Assembly (NCBI GenBank): GCA_965198115.1
Contig: OZ240241.1
Coordinates: 5,248,001 to 5,312,000 of the forward strand
Direction: 5' to 3'
DNA: 64,000 nucleotides
Source: Candidatus Latescibacterota bacterium
GTDB lineage: Bacteria; Latescibacterota; UBA2968
Every line of letters begins with the position of its first letter. The stretch's first letter is position 1. Position numbers and translations under genes: made by a program. This document shows positions 39,940-50,290 of this stretch, in pieces. The notes beneath the pieces were generated by a model. It was given only the letters and a program-made list of their open reading frames with translations, searched no databases and was not told where the DNA came from.

Positions 39940-40575
39940 AGTCATGACCTCCGGCAAAGCCGGAGGCTTGAAAACTTGTGAACCGCTCAAAGCGGTTGGA
40001 AACCAAGCGCCACCTAAAGGTGGCGATTACCTGAAAATGTTGAGCTGGTCGAGACGCCGGTCCTCCCGCTCCTGGTTCTGGATATACTCCCGAACCGTCT
40101 GTTCATCCTTGCCAACGGTGGAGACCCAGTAGCCTCTTGCCCAGAAATGCTGCCCGGTGAAGTTCGACCTGCGTCCCAGATAGTTCCGAGCAATGTGAAT
40201 CGCACTCTTTCCTTTGATGAACCCTACCGTCTGAGCTACTGAGTGCTTCGGCGGGATCGAAATCAACGTGTGCACATGGTCGGATCGCAGGTGACCCTCT
40301 TCCACACGGCATTCCTTCTGTGCGGCCAGATCCCGAATCACCTCGCCCAGATAGCGACGAATTTCACCATACAACACTTTTCTACGATACTTCCGAACCC
40401 AAACAACGTCATACTTGCACTCCCATACCGTGTGACGTAGACTCCTTACGTTGTTCATTAGAGAGCCTTCCTTCCGTGTGCTTTGAGCGGTCCACGGCAA
40501 GGGAGGCTCTTACATATTTCTGGAACTGTCAAACTCTGGGAGTCTCCCCGGCAGAGCCGGGGGCTTACCAAGGTT
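39940..40575 (-). mobile_element. IS200/IS605 family element, tnpA only (ends approximate)
   Basis: Subterminal hairpins CCTCCGGCAAAGCCGGAGG (39948-39966) and CCCCGGCAGAGCCGGGG (40546-40562) flank the transposase. Confidence 0.85.
40027..40458 (-). CDS. tnpA: IS200/IS605 HUH (Y1) transposase
   Basis: KYRRKVL, DHVH (HUH), IKGKS, FWARGYWVSTVG, and catalytic EYIQNQ. Confidence 0.95.
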   Translation of the reverse strand: MNNVRSLRHTVWECKYDVVWVRKYRRKVLYGEIRRYLGEVIRDLAAQKECRVEEGHLRSDHVHTLISIPPKHSVAQTVGFIKGKSAIHIARNYLGRRSNFTGQHFWARGYWVSTVGKDEQTVREYIQNQEREDRRLDQLNIFR

Positions 40576-40684
40576 TAGTTATTGCATCCGAATAGAACGG
40601 CGATATCTTTTTGTTGCAATTCGCATCTCTGACAAGAGATAGAAGTCATCTCATAAATTTCCTAATTCCCTAATAGGTTTCCCG

Positions 40685-41173
40685 ATGCTCGACCAGGCCC
40701 AGGTTTCTCACCGGCTGAAAATCGCCCAGAAGATCCCCTTTCTAAAAGATTTGTCGGCAGATCAGGTCAACCGGGTGCTTCAGTCCGGCAAGCTCGCGTC
40801 AGTGGATGCCGGTAAACACCTTTGCAAGTCGGGTGACCACAGCAGTGCAATGTGGGTCCTGCTGGGTGGGCAACTGTCAATCCGGGATGGAGAAACAGTC
40901 CTGGCCATACTCGACGCAGTCGACCTTGCAGGAGAGATGGGACTGGTCACCGGTTTGCCACGCTCCGCCACCATCTTGGTCGCCCGGGACGCCGTTGTTC
41001 TCGAGATACAGAAGTTGCGTCTCGACGCACTCCTGAAAGATGACATCGACCTGGAAAGAAAACTCTATCGCAATATGCTGCAATCCCTCTGCGGTAAACT
41101 CAGGCAAAACAATGCTCAGATGACACAGGATGGCACGACGCTCGAGCGCGAAATCGCCGCTTCACTCACCTGA
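40685..41173 (+). CDS. Stand-alone cyclic nucleotide-binding domain protein
   Basis: IPFLKDL, GDHSSAMWVLLGG, and GEMGL...PRSATI motifs. Confidence 0.88.
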   Translation: MLDQAQVSHRLKIAQKIPFLKDLSADQVNRVLQSGKLASVDAGKHLCKSGDHSSAMWVLLGGQLSIRDGETVLAILDAVDLAGEMGLVTGLPRSATILVARDAVVLEIQKLRLDALLKDDIDLERKLYRNMLQSLCGKLRQNNAQMTQDGTTLEREIAASLT

Positions 41174-41551
41174 ACCCGTGTCCTTCGGACGCCTGGTCAA
41201 TCCTCTTCCACGATCAGCCTCTTCACCAATTTGTAGATTCATATCCCCTGTGCAGCGTCGAAAGCGATATCGGGAAGGGCAGCACCTTCACAATCACCCT
41301 TCCTTCGGGATACATCGCTGAGTGAGCAGGCGTGGAGGGCAGGAGAGTAGGTGTTGGCACTGCTTTCCCGTCCGACGCAGCAACAAGCTTGTCGCATCCT
41401 CTCGCCGACGGTTTATTGGGTGCTCTACTCGTTTCGCCCTTTCCCAGGCAACGGTGAACGGCTCACGCTCCCCCCAGTTCGTGAGACGTCCGCCGAAGCA
41501 ATCGATCTCTTCAAAGTTTGCAAGAACACCATCATCCCGAACGAGGTCCCC

Positions 41552-42556
41552 ATGCCCCTTAATCCCCAATGGCTCTCCCAAATCACCGAAGAAATCATCG
41601 ACCCCGACCGCCCCATCGTCGACCCACACCACCACTTCTGGCACAATGGTCGACGGGGCTACCCCTATCTCCTCGAACAATTGTGGGAGGACACCAACTC
41701 GGGTCATCGGATCGAGCAGACTGTGTTCGTCGAGTGCGGCGCAGAGTACGGTCAGGATGGGCCCGAGGAGATGCGGCCGGTGGGCGAGACCCCGTTCGTC
41801 GCCGATCTCGCATCTCGATCGACTGAGGACGGCGGTGCGACCGTCGCAGGCATCGTCGGCCACGCTAACATCGCGCTCGGCGCCGATGTGAAACCCGTGC
41901 TCGAAGCCCATATCGAAGCCGGACGAGGCCTGTTCCGCGGGATTCGTCATCACGGCAGCTGGGACGCAAGTCCGGATGTCCCCAACTCCCGCATTGAGCC
42001 TCCTCCCCATCTCTTCCTTTCCTCCGATTTCCAGGCGGGGATCAGACAACTGGGTGCACTGGGACTCAGTTTCGACGCGTGGTGCTATCATCCCCAGATC
42101 CCCGAGGTTGCCGAACTCGCGAAGGCGTGTTCTGAGACGACGATCATCCTGAATCACCTCGGCGGCGTCATCGGCATCGGTCCCTACGCGAATCGTCGTG
42201 ACGAAGTCTTCGAGCAGTGGAAGCAGAGCTACGCTGGTCTCAGCGATTGCCCCAACGTCTATGGCAAGATCGGCGGCCTCGCGCAGGGTGTGAACGGACA
42301 GGGTTGGGAGAAACGCGATCTGCCTCCCACATCCGACGAAATCGCCGACGTCCAGCGTCCGTATTACCTCCACGCCATCGAATGTCTCGGCCCCGACCGC
42401 TGTATGTTCGAGAGCAATTTCCCCGTCGAAAAAGAATCCGTATCCTACCACGTCCTCTACAATGCGTTCAAGAAGATCGCGGCGGATTTCAGCGAGAATG
42501 AGAAAGATGATCTGTTTCGAGGGAGTGCGATTAGAGCGTATCGATTAAAGGCGTGA
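41552..42556 (+). CDS. Amidohydrolase family protein
   Basis: PIVDPHHHFW, TVFVEC, FRGIR, LNHLGG, and RCMFESNFPV motifs. ATG 41552 follows GAGG. Confidence 0.9.
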   Translation: MPLNPQWLSQITEEIIDPDRPIVDPHHHFWHNGRRGYPYLLEQLWEDTNSGHRIEQTVFVECGAEYGQDGPEEMRPVGETPFVADLASRSTEDGGATVAGIVGHANIALGADVKPVLEAHIEAGRGLFRGIRHHGSWDASPDVPNSRIEPPPHLFLSSDFQAGIRQLGALGLSFDAWCYHPQIPEVAELAKACSETTIILNHLGGVIGIGPYANRRDEVFEQWKQSYAGLSDCPNVYGKIGGLAQGVNGQGWEKRDLPPTSDEIADVQRPYYLHAIECLGPDRCMFESNFPVEKESVSYHVLYNAFKKIAADFSENEKDDLFRGSAIRAYRLKA

Positions 42557-42720
42557 CGATTTGCCGTCGCGAAGCTGCACCCCGGTAGGCTTCTGAGCCG
42601 GGGCCCACTTTTATCTTCGTGAAAAACGGCGAAGATGAATCACGGCTCAACTCACTGCCAGGAGACAGTATGGTCGCTCAACGCCGCGAATGAGGACGCC
42701 ATCCCTAATAGAGAATCCCA

Positions 42721-43708
42721 ATGCCCGTCAATCACGAGTGGCTCTCCAAGGTCACTGAAGAGATCGTCGATCCCGATCGACCCATTGTCGACCCCCACCA
42801 CCACTTCTGGAAGAGCGGACGCTGGGGCCGCTACTTGCTCGACGACCTGTGGACCGACACGAACAGCGGCCATCGCATCGAGCGGACCGTCTTTCTCGAG
42901 TGCCGAGCTGAGTACGACCAAACCGCGCCAGAGATCGAAGCGCCGCTCGGGGAGACCCGATTTGTTGCGGATCTGGCCGCTCGATCGGCAGAGGGCGAAG
43001 GTATGCGGCATCATCGGACACGTCAACTTTCGATTCGGGTCCGAGGTTGAAGCGGTTCTGAAAGCGCATATCGAAGCCGGAAACGGGCTGTTTCGCGGCA
43101 TCCGACAATCCTGCACCTGGGATGCGAGCGACCAGATCCCGAACGCAGGCAGCAATCCGATCCAGTATCTCTATCGTCAGGATGATTTCCGCAAGGGATT
43201 CGCACAGCTGGCTCCGCTGGCACTCAGCTTCGAATCCTGGCTTTACCACACGCAGCTGCCCGACCTGACAGAACTGGCGCGTGCGTTTCCCGACACCACC
43301 CTCGTCGTCAACCATCTCGGAGGCTCCCTCGGTATCGGGCCCTACGCGAATCGTCGAGAAGAAATCTTCTCCCAATGGGCAGAGAACTATGCGGCACTCA
43401 GTGAATGTCCGAACGTGTTCGCCAAGATTGGGGGCATTTCGATGACAGCGAACGGGTTCGGTTGGGACGAGCGGGACCTTCCGCCCACTTCGGACGAGCT
43501 GGCGGATGCCCAGCGGCCCTACTACCTTCACGCGATCGAATGCTTCGGCCCGAACCGGTGTATGTTCGAAAGCAACTTCCCGGTCGAGAAGCAGTCCGTC
43601 TCGTATCACGTCCTGTGGAATGCATTCAAGAAGGTTGCCGCCGACTTCAGCGAGGATGAGAAAGACGATCTGTTTCGAGGAACGGCGGAAAGGGTGTATC
43701 GGTTGTAG
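42721..43708 (+). CDS. Amidohydrolase family protein, tandem paralog of 41552-42556, frameshift near 42995
   Basis: MPVNHEWL...DPHHHFW in one frame continues as GIIGHVN...RCMFESNFPV in the next. The junction is in a G run. Confidence 0.88.
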
Positions 43709-43744
43709 GGATTGGTACCTGACATTCACGCGTCGCATTATGAT

Positions 43745-43839
43745 GTCAGACTGAGCGGGAGCCTGTCCTGAGCGGAGTCGAAGGGTCGAAGTCCCGGCCT
43801 AACGCGACTTGGCCGCCCTTCGACTCCGCTCAGGGTGAC
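43745..43839. repeat. Paired family C palindromes with a nested 24-nt unit (43761-43784)
   Basis: GTCAGACTGAGCGGGA[GCCTGTCCTGAGCGGAGTCGAAGG]GTCGAAGTC...GCCCTTCGACTCCGCTCAGGGTGAC. Confidence 0.8.
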
Positions 43840-43873
43840 CAAGTGCTTTGAACTATGACAAGTGGGAGAACCA

Positions 43874-44956
43874 ATGAATACCTACCGTGTAGGCATCATC
43901 GGCCTCGGCCGAATGGGTAGCACGATTGACGATGAGCAACACGCGTTCAAGCCGTACGCCATTGCGGCGTGCTGTGCCGAGATGGATCAGCTGGAAGTCG
44001 TTGCGGGGTCTGATCTGCAGGAGGATAAGCGAACGGCGTTCACAGAGCGGTGGGGCGTCGAATCAGTCTACGAAGACTATATGGAAATGGTCGAGAAGGA
44101 GGATCTCCATCTCGTCGCCGTCTGCACGACGGCGTCAGGTCTCTTCAAACCCACGCGCGAAGCACCCGACGCCAGTTTCCGAGGCGATTCTCACGCAGAC
44201 CTCACAGTCAGCCTCGCGAACGCCGGCGTGCCGATGCTCTACGTCGAGAAAGCGATGGCCAGTTCCGTCGCTCGCGCCGATGACATCCTCGAAGCCGTTC
44301 AGAAGAACAACACCGTCTTCAACTGTGGTGTCCTTCGCCGCTACAACGAACACTACCATCAGGTCCGCGACATCGTGGCCGAGGGCCAGATCGGCGACGT
44401 CACATCAATCGTCCACTTCGCATCGTCCAGCCTGATGCACGGCCACATTCACTCGATCGACACGCTCTCCTTCCTGGTCGGCGACCCCCGCATCCGATCG
44501 ATCCGCGGTGAGCTGATCCCCCACGATACCGTCATCGAAAACAACCACATCGCGTCCGACCCCCAGGCCACCTATCAGCTGATGTTCGAGAATGGTATCT
44601 ACGGATCGTCTGTACCGGCAGGGAACTGGGAATACGAAATTTTCGGATCGGAAGGAAGTGTTCGGTCCCTGAACAATGGTCAGGGCATTCAGCTGCGGAA
44701 GCCTGGCAAGACGTACGGCAGGAGGGCGGGTTTCGAGGATGTCCCGGTTGAAGCCGTCGAAGCCAGGAGCCACGTCATCACTTGCCTCGAAGACACCGTC
44801 AAGGCCTACGAAGAAGGCCGCCCAACGCTCGGCCCCGTCGATTTAGCCCACCACATCACCGAAGCCACCATCGCCGTCGCCGAAAGCCACCGCGCCGGCG
44901 GCGCCTGGGTCGATCTACCCCTGCAGGAGCGAGACCTCTACATCTTTCACATATAG
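43874..44956 (+). CDS. Gfo/Idh/MocA family oxidoreductase
   Basis: VGIIGLGRMG, YEDYMEM, VEKAMA, GQIGD, and HSID motifs. Confidence 0.9.
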   Translation: MNTYRVGIIGLGRMGSTIDDEQHAFKPYAIAACCAEMDQLEVVAGSDLQEDKRTAFTERWGVESVYEDYMEMVEKEDLHLVAVCTTASGLFKPTREAPDASFRGDSHADLTVSLANAGVPMLYVEKAMASSVARADDILEAVQKNNTVFNCGVLRRYNEHYHQVRDIVAEGQIGDVTSIVHFASSSLMHGHIHSIDTLSFLVGDPRIRSIRGELIPHDTVIENNHIASDPQATYQLMFENGIYGSSVPAGNWEYEIFGSEGSVRSLNNGQGIQLRKPGKTYGRRAGFEDVPVEAVEARSHVITCLEDTVKAYEEGRPTLGPVDLAHHITEATIAVAESHRAGGAWVDLPLQERDLYIFHI

Positions 44957-45242
44957 AGGCATGCAACGCTTAGGTCGCAGGGGGAGTGAGAGGGCGAAGT
45001 GGAACGACTCTCCGCATACTAAAAGCGCCCTCGGCAAGGCCAGAGGGCGCGACGGTAACTGCATGATTTGGTGGGTCCAGCATTGCCATTCATCCCGGCC
45101 GGAGGCCGGTCCTACCCGATATCTCGCTTCTGTCCTTTGTCTTCCGTCCTCTGTCTTCTGCACTCAGCCTCCTTGTATTTTTCTTCGCGTCTTCGCGTCT
45201 TCGTGTTCCCAGGTTTTCTTGGTGTCTTGGAGCCTTGGTGGT

Positions 45243-47242
45243 TCAAAGCAGTTCCCGCTTGAACGTCCTAACCCATCGCTTCTGATAATGCCGCAGCCCA
45301 TTGAACGTCACATCCAGGTCGATCGTAACGTGGAATGCGTTCACCGTACTCCTCAGCGTGCAGCAGGAATCGATGTGCGCCTCGAAGTCACGACGGACGA
45401 TATGGCGGAAGTGCTTCCCCACAGCAACAACATCGGCCGGATCGCGATTGCTCGCCCACAGCTCAAGATTCCGTTCGTAGGTCATCTCCAAGTCCGTCCC
45501 GATTTTCGACGGTCGCTTCTGTAGGGTCTTGAGTCCCGTTCGGTCTCCCAGGACATCGGTCATCAGCTGCCAAACGGGTTGTCCCGGACCCTCCTCGTAA
45601 ACAACACCCTCCTCCCCTTCCCCGAATGCCCGCTCGTCTTCTGGCAATCCACCCTCGATCGCCGGCCGCGTCGGAACCCGAGGCAGCGTCAACCGAGATG
45701 GACATTCTTCACCGCGGTGAATCTGATTCGAACCCGCATAGGGCGTCGGCCACAGATTCGGGAAATCCGCGCTGCAGACCGAGAGCCGGATCCGATGACC
45801 TGGCTGGAATCGCCACGCCGTCGCGTCCAGCTCGATGTCCAACTCATAAGTCTCACCCGCCTCGAGCGGTTCCGGATCCTCGAGCGAATTCCGTCGTGTC
45901 GCATTCAGCACGCCGCTGCAGACCAAGGCGCTCGTTCCGTCGGGCGCCACATCGCATAAACGCCCGACGAAACACATCACCGGCGCAGTAGACGAGGCAA
46001 AGAGCTTCATCTTCGGCCGTCCGAAAATCTCGATCGGCTCCGTCAACGCATCGGTCGTGTAGTTGAGGGAATGGATCTCATCGACGCGCTGGTCCGATGG
46101 CAGACCGAACGGCACCCCCCCCACTCCACAACCCGCCCGCAATGCCGACGGTCGGTCGATAGTCGTATCCATCGCTTGCCGTCTCACCAACCAGCAGGTA
46201 GCTCACGAGCTCACTCCCCTCGGGCGCGAGCTCGTGCTCGACTCGCCAGTAACCGGACGTATCGATGCGATCCGCGTGCGGCTCATCGTAGCTCTGGACG
46301 TAGACATCGATTGGGGCTTCGTCCATTACGCCATTGTCCTCGTCCTTGAGCCAGTAGTTGCACCACCTCACGACTTCTGCGATGTAGTCAATACGCGGAC
46401 CTGGCACCGCGACGTTCGGCCGCGAGTGGTTCCACGGTCCGATCAACATCCGCTTTGGTACAGTCAAATGTTCGAAGCAGCGCAGAGGCGGGTTGGGGTA
46501 ACCGTCCCGCCACCCCCCGATCATGAAAACCGAGCACTCGATATCCTCGTATCGGCCTCGGATGCTCCCAGGTCGCCAGTAAGGACCATCCGTTTGATGG
46601 CCCAGCCACTCCAGGATGTAGGGCGTGTTGTTCTCGAGGTGCTGCTCCCACACGTCCGCCCATCGCTCCCCGCTGTACTCGGGATACGGCGGCATCGCCA
46701 TTCATCCCCACCATCGAGATCCCGTAGGCGCCGATGTCGTAGTAGCAGCGCCAGGCTCCGCCGCGGTAGTGGCAGTCGTCTGTGTAGCGATCGTCCGTGA
46801 AGTAGATAGGGATGATGGTCGTCAGGTTCGGCGGTTTATGTGCGGCAACCTGAACGCTCGTGAAACCCCCGTAGGACGAACCGATCATGCCGATTTTGCC
46901 CGACCACGACTGTGTTGCGATCCACTCAATCGCTTCGACCGCGTCCAACGGCTCCTGCTCCGAATACTCGTCAGTGTTGACCCCCTCGCTGCTCCCAGTC
47001 CCACGACAGTCCAAACGCGCCCCAACGAAACCGTGCTTCGCCAAGTCGTTCTGGTAGGGCGTGTAAGGCGCCGAATCGTCCTTGCGATACGGGATGTATT
47101 CCAGCAGCAGCGGCTGGGGCGTGTTCGCCCAGTCGTCGCATTCAGGAACGTGCAGATCCATCGCGAGATGCGTCCCGTCGCTCATCGGAATCATCACATT
47201 CTTCACGAAAATGACACCGTCTTCAGCTGGATATGTCGTCAT
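45243..47242 (-). CDS. CocE/NonD family hydrolase, two frameshifts (near 46703 and 46120)
   Basis: IPMSDG..LA.D, YIPYRK, RGTGSSEG, GSSYGG nucleophile, GGWRDGY, GPWNH, and PGHRIRL, spread over three consecutive ORF fragments. Confidence 0.88.
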
Positions 47243-47282
47243 TGTCTCGGCCCCTTCGGGATTCCCCACAGCGGGAAACCTT

Positions 47283-47385
47283 GTCACCCCGGTACGGTTC
47301 TGAGCCGGGGCCCATTCTGATCTTGCGCCCGACAGTTGGTCTCGACGTGCGTGAAATGGATCCCGGCTCAAAACACCGGGATGAC
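47283..47385. repeat. Family B paired palindromic element (uninterrupted reference copy)
   Basis: GTCACCCCGGTACGGTTCTGAGCCGGGGCCCATT...ATGGATCCCGGCTCAAAACACCGGGATGAC. Confidence 0.85.
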
Positions 47386-47538
47386 ATTATCCATTGCGAT
47401 TGTCGTGAAATGAACGTCCGTCAGCCCGCGGAGAAAACTCCTCTTTCGTCCGGTCTCTTCAATATTTGACAAACCCGGCCGACAACAGAATCGTACCCAT
47501 CACCCCTCAACGAATTGCCCTACCAAACGGAGCCGACC

Positions 47539-48327
47539 GTGACCGACGACGAGAGATACCTGTTCGATCTGACGGGCTACCTGGTCCTCAAGGACGTCCT
47601 GACAACTGAAGAAGTAGCCAAACGGAATGAAGGAATCGATCGCCACGCCGACGAGATACAGCCCATCAATCGCTCCTTGGCTCGCGACTCCAAAGCCCTC
47701 GCTGGGACATCCCGTCGGCTGGACCTGGGCGGTATGCTGGCCTGGAAGCAACCGTGGTGCGAGCCCTTTCGCGAGCTCCTCGTTCATCCTCGCGTCAAAC
47801 CCTATCTCGACGAGATCCTCGGCGAGAACTATCGCCTGGACCACGGCCCGGGACTCATCGCGATGGATAAAGGCTGCGAAGGCGGACAACTTCACGGGGG
47901 CGGCGTGGAGCGAACGAACTTCTCGGAGGCCTATTTCTTCAAAGCGGGTAGAATCTATACGGGCCTCACCGTCGTCGAGTATCTCCTCGCCGACGAAGGA
48001 CCTGGCGACGGGGGAGTCGCCGTCGTCCCCGGCAGCCACAAGGCCAACCTCTATTGCCCGGAGTCGATGAAAAACTGGGAGAAGTATCAGGAGCACGTCG
48101 TCGAGGTGAACGGCAAAGCTGGCGACGCCATCATCTTCACCGAAACACTCACCCACGGCACCCTGCCCTGGACCGCCGATCACCAGCGCCGCGCCGTTCT
48201 CTACAAATTCAGTCCCGGCTTCCAGTCATATGGCTCAGGCGCGCACGATGTCTCGTATCCGGATTACATTGAGGAAATGACAGAAGACCAGCGAGAGGTG
48301 ATGGAGGCGCCACACATAAGACGTTGA
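47539..48327 (+). CDS. PhyH family Fe(II)/2-oxoglutarate enzyme with HxG motif
   Basis: YLFDLTGYLV, LHGG in place of HxD, VPGSHK, FTETLTHGTLPW...RR. GGAG RBS before GTG 47539. Confidence 0.88.
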   Translation: MTDDERYLFDLTGYLVLKDVLTTEEVAKRNEGIDRHADEIQPINRSLARDSKALAGTSRRLDLGGMLAWKQPWCEPFRELLVHPRVKPYLDEILGENYRLDHGPGLIAMDKGCEGGQLHGGGVERTNFSEAYFFKAGRIYTGLTVVEYLLADEGPGDGGVAVVPGSHKANLYCPESMKNWEKYQEHVVEVNGKAGDAIIFTETLTHGTLPWTADHQRRAVLYKFSPGFQSYGSGAHDVSYPDYIEEMTEDQREVMEAPHIRR

Positions 48328-48575
48328 GCGAGAGAGCGGGAGACTGCCAGCGTCGGAGCGAGCAGGCGTGGCAATAGTTTCATAGCTTTTGGGAGACGCC
48401 TCGTTTTCCATCCAGGGGAGTGTAGCCACGGAGGATCTGTCATTCGAGGTTGGGTTTTCTTCCGTGTATTCCGTGTGGTCCGTGGTCCAGGCCTTTCCTT
48501 TCGTGTTTTTCGTGTATGGAGCCTGCCTCGAACGAACGTGAGAGGTGGTTCCGCTTTTCGTAGTTCGAGGTTCCC

Positions 48576-49355
48576 ATGCTCACACCTGAACAACAGGCCC
48601 ATTACGACACCTTCGGCTTTCTCCTGCTTCCGTCCGTGTTCCCGCCGGACGAAATGGCCGACATCATCGCTGGGGCCGACGCCATCTGGTCGAGCGACGA
48701 AACGCTGCTGATGAATGAAGAGGTACGGGTAACCTACTTCTTCGAACGATCGCCGCGTTTGACATCCCTCGTCACCGACGAGCGCATCTACCCCGTCATC
48801 GAAGCGATCGTCGGTGAAGACCCCATCTGGGTCGGGTCGGAGGGAAACATCAGCCATCGACGGCGCGTCAATTGGCATTCGGATCGCAAATACTACCGCG
48901 AAGGCGAGGGTCACTGGATCAACTTCTCGCAGGTCAAGGTGATGATCTATCTCCAGCCGCTGACGTCTGACACGGGCAGTCTTCGCGTCATCCCGGGGTC
49001 TCACCGAATGCCCTACCACAAGGCGCTTGGTGATCAGGAAATCGACGCCGCGTCGATGCCCTTCGGCGTCGACGGTCCGGACATGCCGCACGCGGCTCTG
49101 GAAGTAGAGCCCGGGGATATCATCCTATTCAATCACTGCTGCTGGCACGCGGCCTATGGCGGCGGAGACAACCGTCGCTACATCGCCATGAAATTCGCGG
49201 CCAGACCCTTCGAGCAGGATCAGCTCGCATCTCTCAAGCGCTACACACCCAAGATCTTTCAACCACACGACGCCTTCCTCACGCACGAAGACACAAGAAT
49301 ACGTGCGCTCGTGGACAGGATGCCCGGCTACGCATCGGGACACATCCTGAGTTGA
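48576..49355 (+). CDS. PhyH family Fe(II)/2-oxoglutarate dioxygenase
   Basis: YDTFGFL, WHSD, LRVIPGSH, PGDIILF...WHAA....RRY motifs. Confidence 0.9.
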   Translation: MLTPEQQAHYDTFGFLLLPSVFPPDEMADIIAGADAIWSSDETLLMNEEVRVTYFFERSPRLTSLVTDERIYPVIEAIVGEDPIWVGSEGNISHRRRVNWHSDRKYYREGEGHWINFSQVKVMIYLQPLTSDTGSLRVIPGSHRMPYHKALGDQEIDAASMPFGVDGPDMPHAALEVEPGDIILFNHCCWHAAYGGGDNRRYIAMKFAARPFEQDQLASLKRYTPKIFQPHDAFLTHEDTRIRALVDRMPGYASGHILS

Positions 49356-50153
49356 CGAAAGACACCGCCATCCAACTGACCGATCAGCAGTGTTGCGAAT
49401 TTGACCGGGAAGGGTGGGTGTTCCTGCCCGATCTCTTTCGGGCTGAGGAAATCACCGCTCTCAAGAACGAACTACCGGGAATCTTCGAACAGCAGCGCGA
49501 GGAAGTCTGGCGGGAATCGAACGATGAAGCAGTGCGAACCGTTTTCGCTGCGCACACCTACAACGATGTCTTCGCTCGTCTGGGGCGTCACCCCAGACTG
49601 ATCGGGCCGGTCACACAGCTCCTCGAGGGCCCGGTCTACATGCATCAATACAAAATCAACGCCAAAGCTGCCTTCGACGGGGGACGTCTGGCAATGGCAC
49701 CAGGACTACGGCACCTGGGCACGCGACGACGAAATGCCCGAGCCGCGTGCGATGAACATCGCGTTGTTCCTGGATGAAGTCACCGAATTCAACGGCCCTC
49801 TGTACTTTATTCCCCGCACCCACTCAGAGGGCGTCGTTGACGCCGGCCACGACAAACAGACCACATCCTACCCCCTTTGGTCACTCGACAAGGAAACCGT
49901 CGCCCGATTGGCCGACGAACACGGCATCGTCGCTCCCAAGGGAAAAGCCGGCTCGATCCTCCTCTTCCACTCGAACCTCGTCCACGCGTCAGCCCCCAAC
50001 ATCAGCCCCTGGGACCGCGTCATCGTCTACCTCAGCCTCTGCCACGTCGACAACCACATCCGCCGCTTCAAACGCCCCGAATGGATCGCCCACCGCGACT
50101 TCACCCCCATCGAACCACTGAGCGATGACTGTCTGCTACAGCTATCGCAATAG
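49352..50153 (+). CDS. PhyH family dioxygenase (ectoine/proline hydroxylase-like), frameshift near 49680
   Basis: HQYKINAKAAFDG, then (after removing one G of a G run) DVWQWHQDYGTW...MPEPRAMNIALFLDEV...LVHAS.PN. Confidence 0.85.
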
Positions 50154-50194
50154 AAGCACAGCAGCCACTGAGGACACGGAGAATACGGAGGGTA

Positions 50195-50245
50195 CAGCCC
50201 GCTTCAGCGGGCTTTGCTGCCTTAGCGTGGGGCTTTAGCCCCACG
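50195..50245. repeat. Family D double-hairpin repeat, copy 2, inside inverted 9-mer arms
   Basis: Matches 23564-23614. Flanked by CACGGAGAATACGGAG and CTCCGTGTATCGGTGTGATCTGTGG. Confidence 0.8.
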
Positions 50246-50290
50246 CACATTCGGTCCGGTTTTCTCCGTGTATCGGTGTGATCTGTGGTT

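Noticed and set aside
39867-40684. TnpB/omega-RNA system associated with the IS200/IS605 element
   Set aside because: Only tnpA fits between the end hairpins, and no RuvC-like ORF or remnant is visible.
17150-43738. Long antisense ORFs (e.g. 17150-18286, 21104-22255, 33290-34576, 41294-42451, 42752-43738 on -)
   Set aside because: They are shadows of well-supported + strand genes in high-GC DNA and contain no recognisable motifs.
49352-50153. Calling this gene ectD
   Set aside because: The motif reads WQWHQDYGTWARDDEMP, not the EctD signature FxWHSDFETWHxEDG, and no ectABC genes are nearby.
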